Assembly (NCBI GenBank): GCA_963777505.1
Contig: CAVZQN010000003.1
Coordinates: 352,001-416,000 of the forward strand
Source of the DNA: an uncultured bacterium
Lineage (GTDB): Bacteria > Acidobacteriota > HRBIN11 > JAKEFK01
Direction of reading: 5' to 3'
Length of the DNA stretch: 64,000 bases
The notes under the pieces are model-generated. The model was not told where the DNA came from. It searched no databases and saw only the letters and a program-made list of their open reading frames with translations. Positions 26,180-36,675 of this stretch are shown piece after piece (position 1 is the first letter of the stretch; every line of letters begins with the position of its first letter). A program made the translations under genes and the position numbers.

Positions 26180-27360
26180 TTTTGTTCAGGTATGATCCAG
26201 GTGTCAGCCAAATCCAGAGAATCTCCATTCACTCCCAAATTGACTACATTTTTGCGAGCAGCAATTCGTGTTGTATGGATCAATACAGGTACAAGTTTTC
26301 CTGAAGCTTCCATTTCATCCCAAATTTCAAACCAGGGTCGCGAGCCACGTGGATGAAATTTTGTACGAAGCAAGTTGTATCGAAATAAATCCTGATCTTT
26401 TTCTGAAACTTTCTGAGCAGCGATCTCAATTTTAGGATTTCCGGAAGCGCCTGATGCTGCAGCAGTGAATCCCAGTTCCTGCCATTCCAAAACCAGGCGC
26501 TCCCCAAGAAGGCGGTATGGATCTTCGTCCGGCACCTTAAACTCCACAGCTTTTTGGGCACCGGAATGATTTGAAGATTGCTGAGCCATCATGACTTCCG
26601 CGTGGTCATTCAAAACAGCTTTTGCGATTTCTCCAACGCTGGTTTCTAGAGTGAGTCTTGCAATTTCTTCAGGCTGTAATCCTGAAGTGATGAGATAAAC
26701 AAAATACGAAGGCCCCTGAACGACATTCAATTCCGAGTCGGAATTAATTTGCTGAAATCTTTCTTCAGGCACAGGCAGCACATCCACATCATTAAGTTTG
26801 AACGATAAGTATGGATTGGCAGGATCCACAGGTGTGGGCGTAATTGAATCCAGAAAAGGTCTCCCTGAAATGCAGTTTGCATTTGCCTCAAATCCAAATT
26901 GAGTTTTTCGATAAGCTTGAAAGGGTTCAATATCTGAAGGAGGCAAACATGGAGAAGTGAGAATTGCCTGAAGATACTCTGCTTCCTCGCTCTGGATTAT
27001 TAAGATTCCAGATTCCATTTGGAATTGATTGGGATGGCGATGATCGAAAAACGGGTAGTCTAAAATCCAGTGGCAGGAATTTTCGTGATCCTGAATGGAA
27101 GCAACAGACTTTTCAATATCAATAAGCCATTCTGGATTCAAGCCAGAAAAGTCCAAGCGGACTTCTTTATCGCGAATTTCGGTTGGAACAGGAATCAACG
27201 CTTTGATTTCTTCACCGTTAACGTTAAAAATCGCTCGCCTGTTTATTGTCTCGATGAGTGTATCTGCGATACGAAGATTTCCACCGAAATGTGGCTTTCG
27301 CAGTGAATAAACAGGAGAGGCTAAAAGCAGAATAAGAAGAATCAGCAGGAAGCGTTTCAT
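26176..27360 (-). CDS. Divergent family-5-like solute-binding protein
   Basis: Signal peptide, PHFGGNLRI, GRPFLDSI motifs; no permease genes nearby. Confidence 0.6.
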   Translation of the reverse strand: MKRFLLILLILLLASPVYSLRKPHFGGNLRIADTLIETINRRAIFNVNGEEIKALIPVPTEIRDKEVRLDFSGLNPEWLIDIEKSVASIQDHENSCHWILDYPFFDHRHPNQFQMESGILIIQSEEAEYLQAILTSPCLPPSDIEPFQAYRKTQFGFEANANCISGRPFLDSITPTPVDPANPYLSFKLNDVDVLPVPEERFQQINSDSELNVVQGPSYFVYLITSGLQPEEIARLTLETSVGEIAKAVLNDHAEVMMAQQSSNHSGAQKAVEFKVPDEDPYRLLGERLVLEWQELGFTAAASGASGNPKIEIAAQKVSEKDQDLFRYNLLRTKFHPRGSRPWFEIWDEMEASGKLVPVLIHTTRIAARKNVVNLGVNGDSLDLADTWIIPEQK

Positions 27361-28532
27361 CAAAATAATTCCAGAACGTCGATGTAAATTTGATCCTTGG
27401 TTCGAATTGTAACCAGAAGTTCTGAAGTACCATCTTGATTAAGATCCGTTAGGGCAAGATCCAGAATCTCTCCAGCAACCTCCTTTCTGGAAGCCAGGGT
27501 AAGAGACGAGTTTTGGTGGACGAACTTCAATACTGAATCAGGTTGATCGGGCAGCGACGCAGAAGATGTGTAAATCGCAGGCCAGTTCACTGCAAGTGAA
27601 CATCCAACAATTTCATTCGCTGTAGTTAATGTGCCTGCACCGATGCTGAGCGTTTGATTGTCTTGAACAACAGCCATTCCTTTGGGGATTAAGAGTTCGA
27701 AGTCATAAAATCGTCCGTTCATCAGCATGAAAGTATTCAAGCCTGGTGCAGGTTTCGGAATATATGTTGCGTGTTCCGTGGGAGATGATTGATCGAAGTT
27801 TGAATCATATTTCAATGGATAATTGAGGTTGTTACTAAGAATCAAAAACTCGCCGCTTAATGCAAGTATTTTTCCGGAGGGTGCTCTCGAACGAACATTT
27901 AAGAAATGTTCGGCTGCGATCGAGACTTTTTTCTTGTTGCCGGTTTTCCAATCAATCCTCTCCACTGCGTCATCATATAGGACAATAATTTCGCAAGACT
28001 CCTGATTTTCAGGGCAGACTTGATTTACATCCAGCGGTGCTGATTGTAAGAACGCAACAGGTGTTGGAATTGCGACTTCTTTATGATGATGCATCGATGA
28101 ATGATCAGTTTCTTCAGGAACTTTTGGTGATTCTTTCGGAGGTTGAGTCCACAAAATTGCAGTCATACCTGTGAGCTGTCCTTGAGAGGGATCTGTTGTT
28201 TCCCATAAGAACTGTAACTGTCCATCTGCGTATAGAAGGACTCCGTTCACGGTCAGTGGGATGGAATCAGGAGTTTTGCTTTTCCAGATTTCATTTTCAA
28301 GGGCACCGCGGAAATAGTGTAAGGAAGAATCGGGTAAAGATGCTTGATTTTCTATTTTGCCAATTTTTGCTGCAGCATTTCCGATTCGGGAGTTGATCTG
28401 TCGGACGGCATCCCATGCCAGGCGCTGTAAAGGATCTTCGGGTTGCGACAGAGCTACTTTAATAGGCTCTGGCTTTTTCTGACACGAGAGGCATGTCAGC
28501 ACAAGAATGGCGACCCAAATTGTTCGTTTCAT
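27360..28532 (-). CDS. Lipoprotein with C-terminal FG-GAP/VCBS-like motif
   Basis: Lipobox CLS-C, His-rich linker HSSMHHH, DLNQDGTSELLV. Confidence 0.7.
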   Translation of the reverse strand: MKRTIWVAILVLTCLSCQKKPEPIKVALSQPEDPLQRLAWDAVRQINSRIGNAAAKIGKIENQASLPDSSLHYFRGALENEIWKSKTPDSIPLTVNGVLLYADGQLQFLWETTDPSQGQLTGMTAILWTQPPKESPKVPEETDHSSMHHHKEVAIPTPVAFLQSAPLDVNQVCPENQESCEIIVLYDDAVERIDWKTGNKKKVSIAAEHFLNVRSRAPSGKILALSGEFLILSNNLNYPLKYDSNFDQSSPTEHATYIPKPAPGLNTFMLMNGRFYDFELLIPKGMAVVQDNQTLSIGAGTLTTANEIVGCSLAVNWPAIYTSSASLPDQPDSVLKFVHQNSSLTLASRKEVAGEILDLALTDLNQDGTSELLVTIRTKDQIYIDVLELF

Positions 28533-28590
28533 AAAATAAGGAGGCCTTCAATTCGAGGTTGCAAAGTTCCTACCTTATATAATACAGCGT

Positions 28591-29925
28591 ATGTTATTTC
28601 GAAGTACCACAGGTAAAACGGAGCCGGTTTCATTTCGGGAAGCGATGATGAGCGGTCTTGCTCCTGATGGCGGGTTGTATTTGCCTCAGTCAATTCCCAG
28701 GTTGGCAGAGAACAAGATAGACGCTCTGCAGAGTTTAACCTTTCAGGAACTTAGTTTTGAGATAGCATCCCTCTGGCTTCAACATGAGGTTTCAATCCAA
28801 TCACTTCATAAAATTATTGACACAGCATTCTCATTTGATGTTCCGCTTGTACACGTAAAAGACGGTATATATTCGCTTGAATTATTTCATGGTCCAACTC
28901 TGGCATTTAAAGATTTTGGCGCGCGGTTTATGGCCCAGCTCATGGGCCATTTCAGCAGCGCGTCTGCGCGTGAACGAACGATCCTGGTCGCAACTTCGGG
29001 CGATACAGGAAGCGCAGTTGCGAACGGCTTTCATAAAGTTGAAGGAACCAGAGTGATTCTGCTTTTTCCAGCAGGAAAAATCAGCGAGATTCAGCGCAAA
29101 CAAATGACAACTCTGGGCGAAAATATCACCGCCCTTGCTATTGAAGGATCGTTCGACGATTGTCAAAAACTTGTAAAACAGGCATTTTCGGACGCTTCGA
29201 TCCGGCAAGTTGTGAACCTAACTTCCGCGAATTCAATCAATATTGCTAGGCTATTACCGCAATCGTTTTACTACTTTTATGGTGTAGGACAATTGGGCGA
29301 TTCAGAACTTCCAGTTGTCGCTGTGCCTTCTGGAAATTTTGGAAACTTAACCGCAGGTTTGCTTGCAAAACGGATGGGATTGCCCGTGGCTCGTTTCATT
29401 GCAGCGACAAATCGCAATGATGTCATTCCAGAATATTTGAATACTGGAATTTTTAAGGCTCGTTCATCTGTGCAAACCATTTCCAATGCGATGGACGTCG
29501 GGAATCCGAGCAATTTTGAGAGAATGCTGACATTGTATGAGGATCACACCTCTATGCAGCAAGATATTTTTGGCGCGAGTTTTGACGATAATCAAACACG
29601 AAATAGTATTCGTGAAGTCTACAGGGATACTCATTACGTGATGGATCCTCATGGTGCCGTAGCTTTTTTGGGCATTCAGCAATATCAGAAAGACCATCCG
29701 GACTCAAAGAGCGATCCAGCCATTTTTCTTGAGACCGCACATCCTGCAAAATTTCCAGAAGTCGTTGAAGCTGAAATCGGTAGAAGTTTAGAAGTGCCTC
29801 CCAATCTGGCATCGTGTCTGAGTCTCAAAGAAAGCTGGATTTCCATGAGTTCAGATTTCCAGGAATTTAAGTCGTTTTTGTTAAGCAATACTGGCGGGTC
29901 TAAGACCCACCCTACTACACTTTGA
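28591..29925 (+). CDS. thrC: Threonine synthase
   Basis: GLAPDGGLY, ELFHGPTLAFKDFG, ATSGDTG, SANSINIARL, VPSGNFGN, TAHPAKF. Confidence 0.97.
   Translation: MLFRSTTGKTEPVSFREAMMSGLAPDGGLYLPQSIPRLAENKIDALQSLTFQELSFEIASLWLQHEVSIQSLHKIIDTAFSFDVPLVHVKDGIYSLELFHGPTLAFKDFGARFMAQLMGHFSSASARERTILVATSGDTGSAVANGFHKVEGTRVILLFPAGKISEIQRKQMTTLGENITALAIEGSFDDCQKLVKQAFSDASIRQVVNLTSANSINIARLLPQSFYYFYGVGQLGDSELPVVAVPSGNFGNLTAGLLAKRMGLPVARFIAATNRNDVIPEYLNTGIFKARSSVQTISNAMDVGNPSNFERMLTLYEDHTSMQQDIFGASFDDNQTRNSIREVYRDTHYVMDPHGAVAFLGIQQYQKDHPDSKSDPAIFLETAHPAKFPEVVEAEIGRSLEVPPNLASCLSLKESWISMSSDFQEFKSFLLSNTGGSKTHPTTL
29893..29915 (-). repeat. GTAG-family REP inside the 3' end of thrC
   Basis: Minus strand GTAGGGTGGGTCTTAGACCCGCC. 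Confidence 0.75.
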
Positions 29926-29940
29926 TAGAATAAGGAGCTT

Positions 29941-30489
29941 ATGAAGGAACTGATCGAAGAGCTGCTTCGCAGGTTAGGAGAAGATCCGAATCGGGAGGGG
30001 TTGGCGCGTACGCCAGAACGCGTAGAGAAGGCACTCAAATTCTTTACGAAAGGTTATCAAGATGACCCTGCCGAAATTCTGAATAACGCCCTTTTTGTAG
30101 AAGATTATGATGAGATGGTCATCGTGAAGGACATTGATCTATTTAGCCTTTGCGAACATCATCTGCTTCCATTTTTTGGAAGATGTCATGTTGCATATAT
30201 ACCGCGCAATAAAATTATCGGTCTGAGCAAGATTGTGCGGATTGTGGAAGTCTACAGCCGGCGATTGCAAGTTCAGGAACGTCTAACATCGCAAATTGCC
30301 GAATTTATATCCAAGTCCTTGAACCCGTATGGAGTAGGAGTTGTGATTGAAGCTCAACATCTTTGTATGATGATGAGAGGTGTTGAAAAACAAAATTCTC
30401 TTGCAATTACATCTTCGATGTTAGGTTCATTTCGAACCGATGTTGAAACGCGCATGGAGTTCATGGAATTAATCAAAGGAAAACGATAA
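29941..30489 (+). CDS. folE: GTP cyclohydrolase I
   Basis: [44 protein letters not shown]. Confidence 0.98.
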   Translation: MKELIEELLRRLGEDPNREGLARTPERVEKALKFFTKGYQDDPAEILNNALFVEDYDEMVIVKDIDLFSLCEHHLLPFFGRCHVAYIPRNKIIGLSKIVRIVEVYSRRLQVQERLTSQIAEFISKSLNPYGVGVVIEAQHLCMMMRGVEKQNSLAITSSMLGSFRTDVETRMEFMELIKGKR

Positions 30490-30538
30490 GGGAGCGCGGA
30501 CGTCTCGTCCGCATAAGGGAACGCAGGCGTCTGCCTGC
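30490..30538 (+). repeat. Two tandem GGGARCGC-type palindromic REP-like units
   Basis: GGGAGCGCGGACGTCTCGTCCGC and GGGAACGCAGGCGTCTGCCTGC, each preceded by ATAA. Confidence 0.6.
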
Positions 30539-30565
30539 TATAAAATGAATTGATGGTGGGGTGGG

Positions 30566-30919
30566 ATGGATTTTCCGGGACCTGATGATCTGAGTGAGAA
30601 CCAGGACGGCATCGAGCGCAGCGATGACGATCTGTATGAGCCTTATTCTAAGCTGATCCCCATTTATTATCAGGGAAAAGAATATATGGTCCCTGAAAAC
30701 AATACTCTTCTTCGAGTGCTGCAATATTTGAATCCTGAAGTTGCATACGGAAATTATTGTTGGAATGGGGACTGCCGCAACTGCATGATCACAATCAGAC
30801 GAAGTGATGATAGTCAGGAAGTAACAGCCGTAGGGTGCCTTACGAAAGCTGTTCCTGGTTTGCAGATTGTTCGTTTACCTCTTGGAGTTAAGATCAGCAA
30901 AGCTCCGAGATTGTATTAG
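30566..30919 (+). CDS. 2Fe-2S ferredoxin-type domain protein
   Basis: CWNGDCRNC...GC (CX4CX2C...C). Confidence 0.8.
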   Translation: MDFPGPDDLSENQDGIERSDDDLYEPYSKLIPIYYQGKEYMVPENNTLLRVLQYLNPEVAYGNYCWNGDCRNCMITIRRSDDSQEVTAVGCLTKAVPGLQIVRLPLGVKISKAPRLY

Positions 30920-30933
30920 CGAATCAAATACAA

Positions 30934-31440
30934 TCAATGCTGATGTTCGTCGTATTCTTTCTCTAGTCTTTCCTCAATTTCTTCAATATCCAGTGGCTTC
31001 ATCATTTCAGCAATTTCAGGATCTTCTTTGGCGTCTTTCTTTAGAGTTCGATAAATTGCAGAACACATCTGCATAATCTTTGTAATTTCTTCTTCAGACA
31101 CCATGTTAATTTGAAGATCAATTTCTTGACGTAAGTCCGCAATTTTTGCTTGCCTGTTTTGGCTGATCAAAACAAAAATGGCAAGGAAGATTGCTTCTAA
31201 GGATACGGCTGTCGTTAACAGCGGAAATGGGAAAGGATCAAAGGGCTTTATTCCGGGAAAAAATCCAACATTAATAATGATCCACGAGAAAAACCAAAGC
31301 ACGTTCGCAATCAGAAAGCCGATACTGCCGCTAATTGCGGTCACACGATCGGCGACTTTTTCAGACGCTGTCATCCGTTGATTGTGCTTCGCTTGAAAAC
31401 TATGAAACCTCTTGAGTCTCTGAGTATAACGAGAAGCCAT
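30934..31440 (-). CDS. DUF1003 membrane protein
   Basis: ADRVT..SGS, FDPFPF.LL, SLEAIFL..FVLISQNRQ. Start placed at ATG 31440 behind AGGAGG. Confidence 0.9.
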   Translation of the reverse strand: MASRYTQRLKRFHSFQAKHNQRMTASEKVADRVTAISGSIGFLIANVLWFFSWIIINVGFFPGIKPFDPFPFPLLTTAVSLEAIFLAIFVLISQNRQAKIADLRQEIDLQINMVSEEEITKIMQMCSAIYRTLKKDAKEDPEIAEMMKPLDIEEIEERLEKEYDEHQH

Positions 31441-31539
31441 AACCTTATTCCTCCTAAGTCGTGTCATTAAAAGATATACCGTTAATTCGAAAATTGAATT
31501 CCCCTCTATTTCGAATAGTTTCTAGTCAGGAGAACTCAG

Positions 31540-32100
31540 ATGAATGTAAATGACTTACTCATGACAGTTGTGCGCAGTATTGGTCTCTACGTAATAATGC
31601 TGGTGGTAATTCGTTTACTCGGTAAAAAGACCATTGGTAACTTCACAGCCTTTGATCTTCTTGTTGCATTGATGCTTGGCGAAGTGGTTGACGAAGTGAT
31701 CTATGGAGATGTGAGTTTCATTGAAGGTACTGTGGCAATCATTGTTATCGCGGTGGCTAAATACTTCACTACATACCTTTCTTTCGCATCACCAAGACTC
31801 GCTAAAATTCTGGAAGGCACACCTACAATCCTGGTCAAAGAAGGTCAGCTCAATGAAAAAGTGATGAAAAGTGAATTAATGAGTAAAGGAGAGGTCCATG
31901 CTGCGCTCAGGTTGAGGGAGATTGAAGACATGAGGGAAGTGAAACTCGCAACACTCGAAGTGGACGGAGAAATCAGCGTTATTAAAGAAGATTGGGCTGA
32001 ACCACTGCAGAAAATGGATCTGGATCGCAAGAGTACTAAAGAAATTATTCCGCCGGATAAGAATACGATGGCTGAACTGATGCCGGGTTTCGAGTCTTAA
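31540..32100 (+). CDS. DUF421 (YetF) membrane protein
   Basis: RLLGKK, FDLLVALMLG, EGTP, LEVDGEISV. Confidence 0.9.
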   Translation: MNVNDLLMTVVRSIGLYVIMLVVIRLLGKKTIGNFTAFDLLVALMLGEVVDEVIYGDVSFIEGTVAIIVIAVAKYFTTYLSFASPRLAKILEGTPTILVKEGQLNEKVMKSELMSKGEVHAALRLREIEDMREVKLATLEVDGEISVIKEDWAEPLQKMDLDRKSTKEIIPPDKNTMAELMPGFES

Positions 32101-32102
32101 CA

Positions 32103-32591
32103 ATGGACGTTTCCATCATAGCGGTTCGAGTATTTTTTACGTTTGTTGTTTTATTGGTGTTACTCCGTTTATCCGGAAAACGGATTGTTGCCGAAAGTAC
32201 GGTTTTTGATTTCATTCTTGCACTGATTGTTGGTGATCTGGTTGATGATGTGTTTTTTGGAGAGCAGCCTGTGAGCATGTTCATTGCTGCCTTAGGGACT
32301 CTAATCGTTCTTGAGGTTGTCATGAGATTGTTTTCTCTTGCCTATCCGAAATGCGCAAATTTGTTAGAAGGTAAACCGGTTCTTATCTTGAAAGATGGCG
32401 TTCCGAACCGTGCAAATTTGAAGAAGACACTTCTGGCACACAAGGAATTACGCGCTATGCTTCGCCTGGATGGGTTTCTCGTCCGTTGCTGGAAGGAAAT
32501 CAGAGTCGCTTTTCTGGAACAAAATGGTCATGCGTCTCTGTTTCTAAAGGATCAATACAAAAAAGCGCAGAAAGGTGATTTAGAAAAATGA
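32103..32591 (+). CDS. DUF421 (YetF) membrane protein paralogue
   Basis: RLSGKR, FDFILALIVG, EGKP, LEQNGHAS. Confidence 0.85.
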   Translation: MDVSIIAVRVFFTFVVLLVLLRLSGKRIVAESTVFDFILALIVGDLVDDVFFGEQPVSMFIAALGTLIVLEVVMRLFSLAYPKCANLLEGKPVLILKDGVPNRANLKKTLLAHKELRAMLRLDGFLVRCWKEIRVAFLEQNGHASLFLKDQYKKAQKGDLEK

Positions 32592-32986
32592 AGCGGTTAG
32601 CCTGGCTTTTAATCGTCGTGGCAGTCATATCAATTTTTTTGTTTGTGGATGTTTATTATTTAAAGGACAAAAGAGTATTTGTTCCATCGCCTGGTAATGT
32701 TGCGGCATCTTTTTTTGAATTCTTGTATTCAGGTCATTTCAACCAGGCGCGTCATCTTCTTTCCAGCAATCTGCAACAAAAGACCAGTGTTGAGGACTTA
32801 AGGGAATTTAAGAAAACGCTTGAATTAAGATGGGGAAAAATCCAAAGAATTACGGATAAAAAATCGGAGTACAATTTGTCTCAAGCTTTAGCGACGGTAA
32901 AGTTAAGGACGGATAGGGGAAGATTCCAATTGCAGTTGCCTGCAGTGCGAGAGAGTGGCCTCTGGCGCATCTCAGGTTTACAATAA
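32588..32986 (+). CDS. Exported NTF2-like hypothetical protein
   Basis: N-terminal TM, A..LLS, C-terminal ESGLWRI; ATGA overlap. Confidence 0.65.
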   Translation: MKRLAWLLIVVAVISIFLFVDVYYLKDKRVFVPSPGNVAASFFEFLYSGHFNQARHLLSSNLQQKTSVEDLREFKKTLELRWGKIQRITDKKSEYNLSQALATVKLRTDRGRFQLQLPAVRESGLWRISGLQ

Positions 32987-33001
32987 AACCTTCACAAATC
33001 A

Positions 33002-33026
33002 GTAGGGACGGGTCTAAGACCCGCCT
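33002..33026 (+). repeat. GTAG-family REP
   Basis: GTAGGGACGGGTCTAAGACCCGCCT. Confidence 0.8.
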
Positions 33027-33055
33027 GGACCACGGATTGGGTGGGGAGTGGTTAA

Positions 33056-36000
33056 TTGAATCAGGATCAAGAAACAATCCTATTGACGCTTGCTTTGAAG
33101 AAAGGCCTTTTGAACGAAAAGGATGTTCAAAATGCTGAGGGTCAGGAAAATGCTGGGCAACGTGTTGATTGGCTTGTTAAACAAGGACGAATCGATCGTT
33201 CTACAATCGACCTCTTGCTGAATTCTGGCGAATTTAAGGCAGAAACAAAGCAGCCTTCAGCCGGCGCAATTTCAATCGAAAATTTTCGGGAACCGGGTGC
33301 GCCAGCTTTCCCTGTATCAAATTGGGATCGATATGAATTCGAAAAATATCTGGGCGAAGGAGGTATGGGACGTGTCTTTAAAGCAGTCGATCTACGTCTG
33401 AAACGGAATGTCGCACTGAAGTTCATGATGAGCACTGCTGGTGGAAGAACGAAACGATTGATCCGCGAAGCACAAGCTCTTGCGCGAATTCATCACGATA
33501 ATGTGTGCCAGGTTTATGAAATTGGTGAAGTTGAGGGCAACCTTTACATCGCCATGCAATATGTCGAAGGTGTGACTCTGGATCATGCAGATGTCGATTC
33601 ATTTTCACTGCAAGAAAAAGTGCGGATCATGTTGGAGACAGCAGAAGGGTTACATGCAGCTCATCAAACCGGAATCATTCATCGCGACATCAAACCAGCA
33701 AACATCATGATTCGAAAAAGTGAAGAAGGCACATGGCATCCTGTGTTGATGGATTTCGGATTAGCCCGCGAAACAGAAGATGAAGGAATTACGGGGACTG
33801 GTTTTATCGTAGGTACGCCTGCATACATGGCCCCCGAACAAGCAACACTTGAAAGCGAACAACTCGATCGTAGAACTGATATTTACAGTCTTGGCGCGAC
33901 CATGTACAACCTTTTCACCGGGCAGGCTCCATTTTCAGGGACAACTCCATTGGAGATCATCCGTAAAGTCAATGAAAAAGATCCTGAACCGCTTAGCAAT
34001 TTAAATCCACAAATTCCTGCAGATCTTCAGCGCGTTGTAATGAAGTGTTTGGAGAAGCAAAGGGAACGCCGTTATCAATCTGCTAAAGAATTAGCAGAAG
34101 ATCTGCAACGTTTTCTCCAGGGTGAGCCTGTTCTTGCACGCCCGATGCATTCGATTCACAGAAAATTTCGTCGAGTTGTACGGAATAAGATTGCAACCGC
34201 TGCGCTCATTGTGCTTGCGGCTGCTGTGTTGATTTATCTTGTTGTCACAATCCGTAGCCGCGCGGAAATTCAAAATCGTTTGCGTCTCGCCAATGAATTT
34301 GTTCAAGAAGTACGATACGTCGACGAATTTATGCGTCATGCACTGACAGCTCCATTGCATGACATTCGCCCGGAACGACAAAACGTCAGGGAAAGATTGA
34401 AGCAATTTGAAAAACGTGTCATTGAATCCGGTGCCGCGGGAGCCGGACCTGGTGCTTACGTAATGGGAAGAGGTCATCTTGCATTGAAAGAGCCGGAAAC
34501 GGCACGGAAATGGTTAGAAAAAGCGATCGCTGCCAATTATAAAGTTCCTGAAGTTGACTACGCGCTTGGCTTAACACTTGGCGAATTGTTTCAAAAAGAA
34601 TCAGAAGAAGCCGATCGAATTCCGAATAAGCAACTTCGAGAATCACGAAAAAAGGAATTGGAAAAAGAATTCAAGGAGCCTGCAATTGCGTTGCTGAGAT
34701 CAACTCAAAAACTTCAAGTGGAATCTCCGGAATATGCAGAAGCGTTGATCTTGTTTTACGACCGGCAATATTCAAAAGCTTTAACGAAACTTTCGGAAGC
34801 CCTTATTCGCGTGCCATGGTTATATGAAGCGCAAGTTTTGCAAGGCAAAATCTATTCCGCTCAAGCTCAGGATGCGCGGGATCGCGGATCGAACGATACT
34901 GCTATGGAACTTTTCTTAAAGGCAGATGAATCCTATCGCAATGCGATGGGGCTCGGACGCAGTGATCCATCTCCATATTCTGCAGCCTGCGGATTGTGGG
35001 TGCAGGTGATGAACTTGAATTTGTATGGAGCCGGAGGCGAACTCGAACCTCATCTTCAAAAAGTAAGAAAGAATTGCGGGCTTGCATTAAAAGCAGATCC
35101 TGATCTTGAACTTGCGTACCTCGAACAATCACATGCGTTGAAGTTGATCAGTGAGTCTCGAATCGGACGCGGCCTCGATCCATCGGAGTATCTCAAGGAA
35201 TCTGAAGATCTTGCGCAGAAAGCTCTAAAGTTGTCACCGCGAAATGCAAGAGCTTACAATCAAATCGGAATGACTCTGACAATGCGCGGACTTTATGAAT
35301 ATGAAATTGGAAGCGATCCGACAGAATCTTTAAAAAAGGCGCGAAACTATTTGCAATCTTCGATTTCTGTGAACCCTACATATGTGTATGCGCACAATAA
35401 TCTTGGCATCTGCAATCTATATTATGGGGACTATCTTCTTTCGCGCAGCGAGGATCCATCACCGCCTATTAAAGATGCCATTCATGCGTTTGAGCAAGCA
35501 ATTCAAATTAAGCCTGATTACAGCGGTGCTTTCAACAATATGGGCAATGCCTATTTATCGCTTGCTGAATGGGATTTCACGCATGGAAAGGATCCATTTC
35601 CGTATGCACAGAAAGCTGTCAGTAGTTATCAGAATGCTGTAAAAGCAAATCCTGCAGAATCATACACACTGCAGAACCTGGGTCTTGCTTACACTCAGCT
35701 TGCCAGTTATGAAATCGAAAAGAATATTGATCCGACTCCGCACACGACACAAGCGATTGATGCATACGAGCAGGCAATTCAAATCAATCCAGAAAATACA
35801 GGCGGTTATGTAAATCTGGCGGTAACATTTTTGTATCGTGCTGAATATGACATGGAACATGGAAAGAATCCGGAAACAGATTTAAACTCAGCAATCAAGA
35901 GTTCACTTAAAGCAGTTGAGATCAATCCATCTGAATTCCGCTCACTGACAAACATCGGCAGCGCATATAAGAATCGCGCAGAATATTTTTTGATGACTGG

Positions 36001-36671
36001 GAAATATTCCAGTGAAGATTTCAGCCAGGCTGAAAAATATTATCGAAAAGCTCTTTCAGTACGGCAAGGACAAGGTTCAGCCCAGAGAAGATTAGGCCAT
36101 CTTTATATTCTGCAAGCTCAGCATGAACTTGAATCCGGAGGCGATCCGCGCGGCGCGATCCGCAAAGCTGAAGAAGCTTTAAAGAAAGCTGCAGAAATTG
36201 AACCGGATGAATATGAAGTGCTGGTATCTAAAGCTCAAACTGAAGTGCTGAAAGCTCGTGATGCAATCATTCGAGGCAGCAATCCCAATAAATATTTTGC
36301 TCAAGCCGACAAATTCTTTGAAGAGGCGTTGAAAATAAATCCAGATTATCCCCAAATCTTGCTGGCAAGATCTCAACGCGATTTTTTTGAAGCGGAATGG
36401 AAACTGAAGGCGGGTAAGGATGCAACAGAGAATGTTGTATCGCGGACTCACCACAACTGAAAACGTGCTGAATAAGGTCGGTGGCTCAGCTCAGGCGTTT
36501 TTGATTAAAGGTAAACTCTTGCTGATCAAAGCCCAAGCTTCCCAAAATCCAAAAGAGCGTTCTGAATTCGCACAAAGTGCTGTTGAATCTTTAGAAAAAG
36601 CTGTATCCGTGAACTCGAATCTCAAAAACGAGTGTGGCCCGTTGATTGTGAAATCACAGGGCTTGCTTTGA
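33056..36671 (+). CDS. Ser/Thr kinase with TM and long TPR region (frameshift near 36437)
   Basis: LGEGGMG, HRDIKPAN, DFG, APE; TM IATAALIVLAAAVLIYLVV; many TPRs. Removing one base near 36437 joins 33056-36460 to 36420-36671. Confidence 0.9.
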
Positions 36672-36675
36672 TGAA

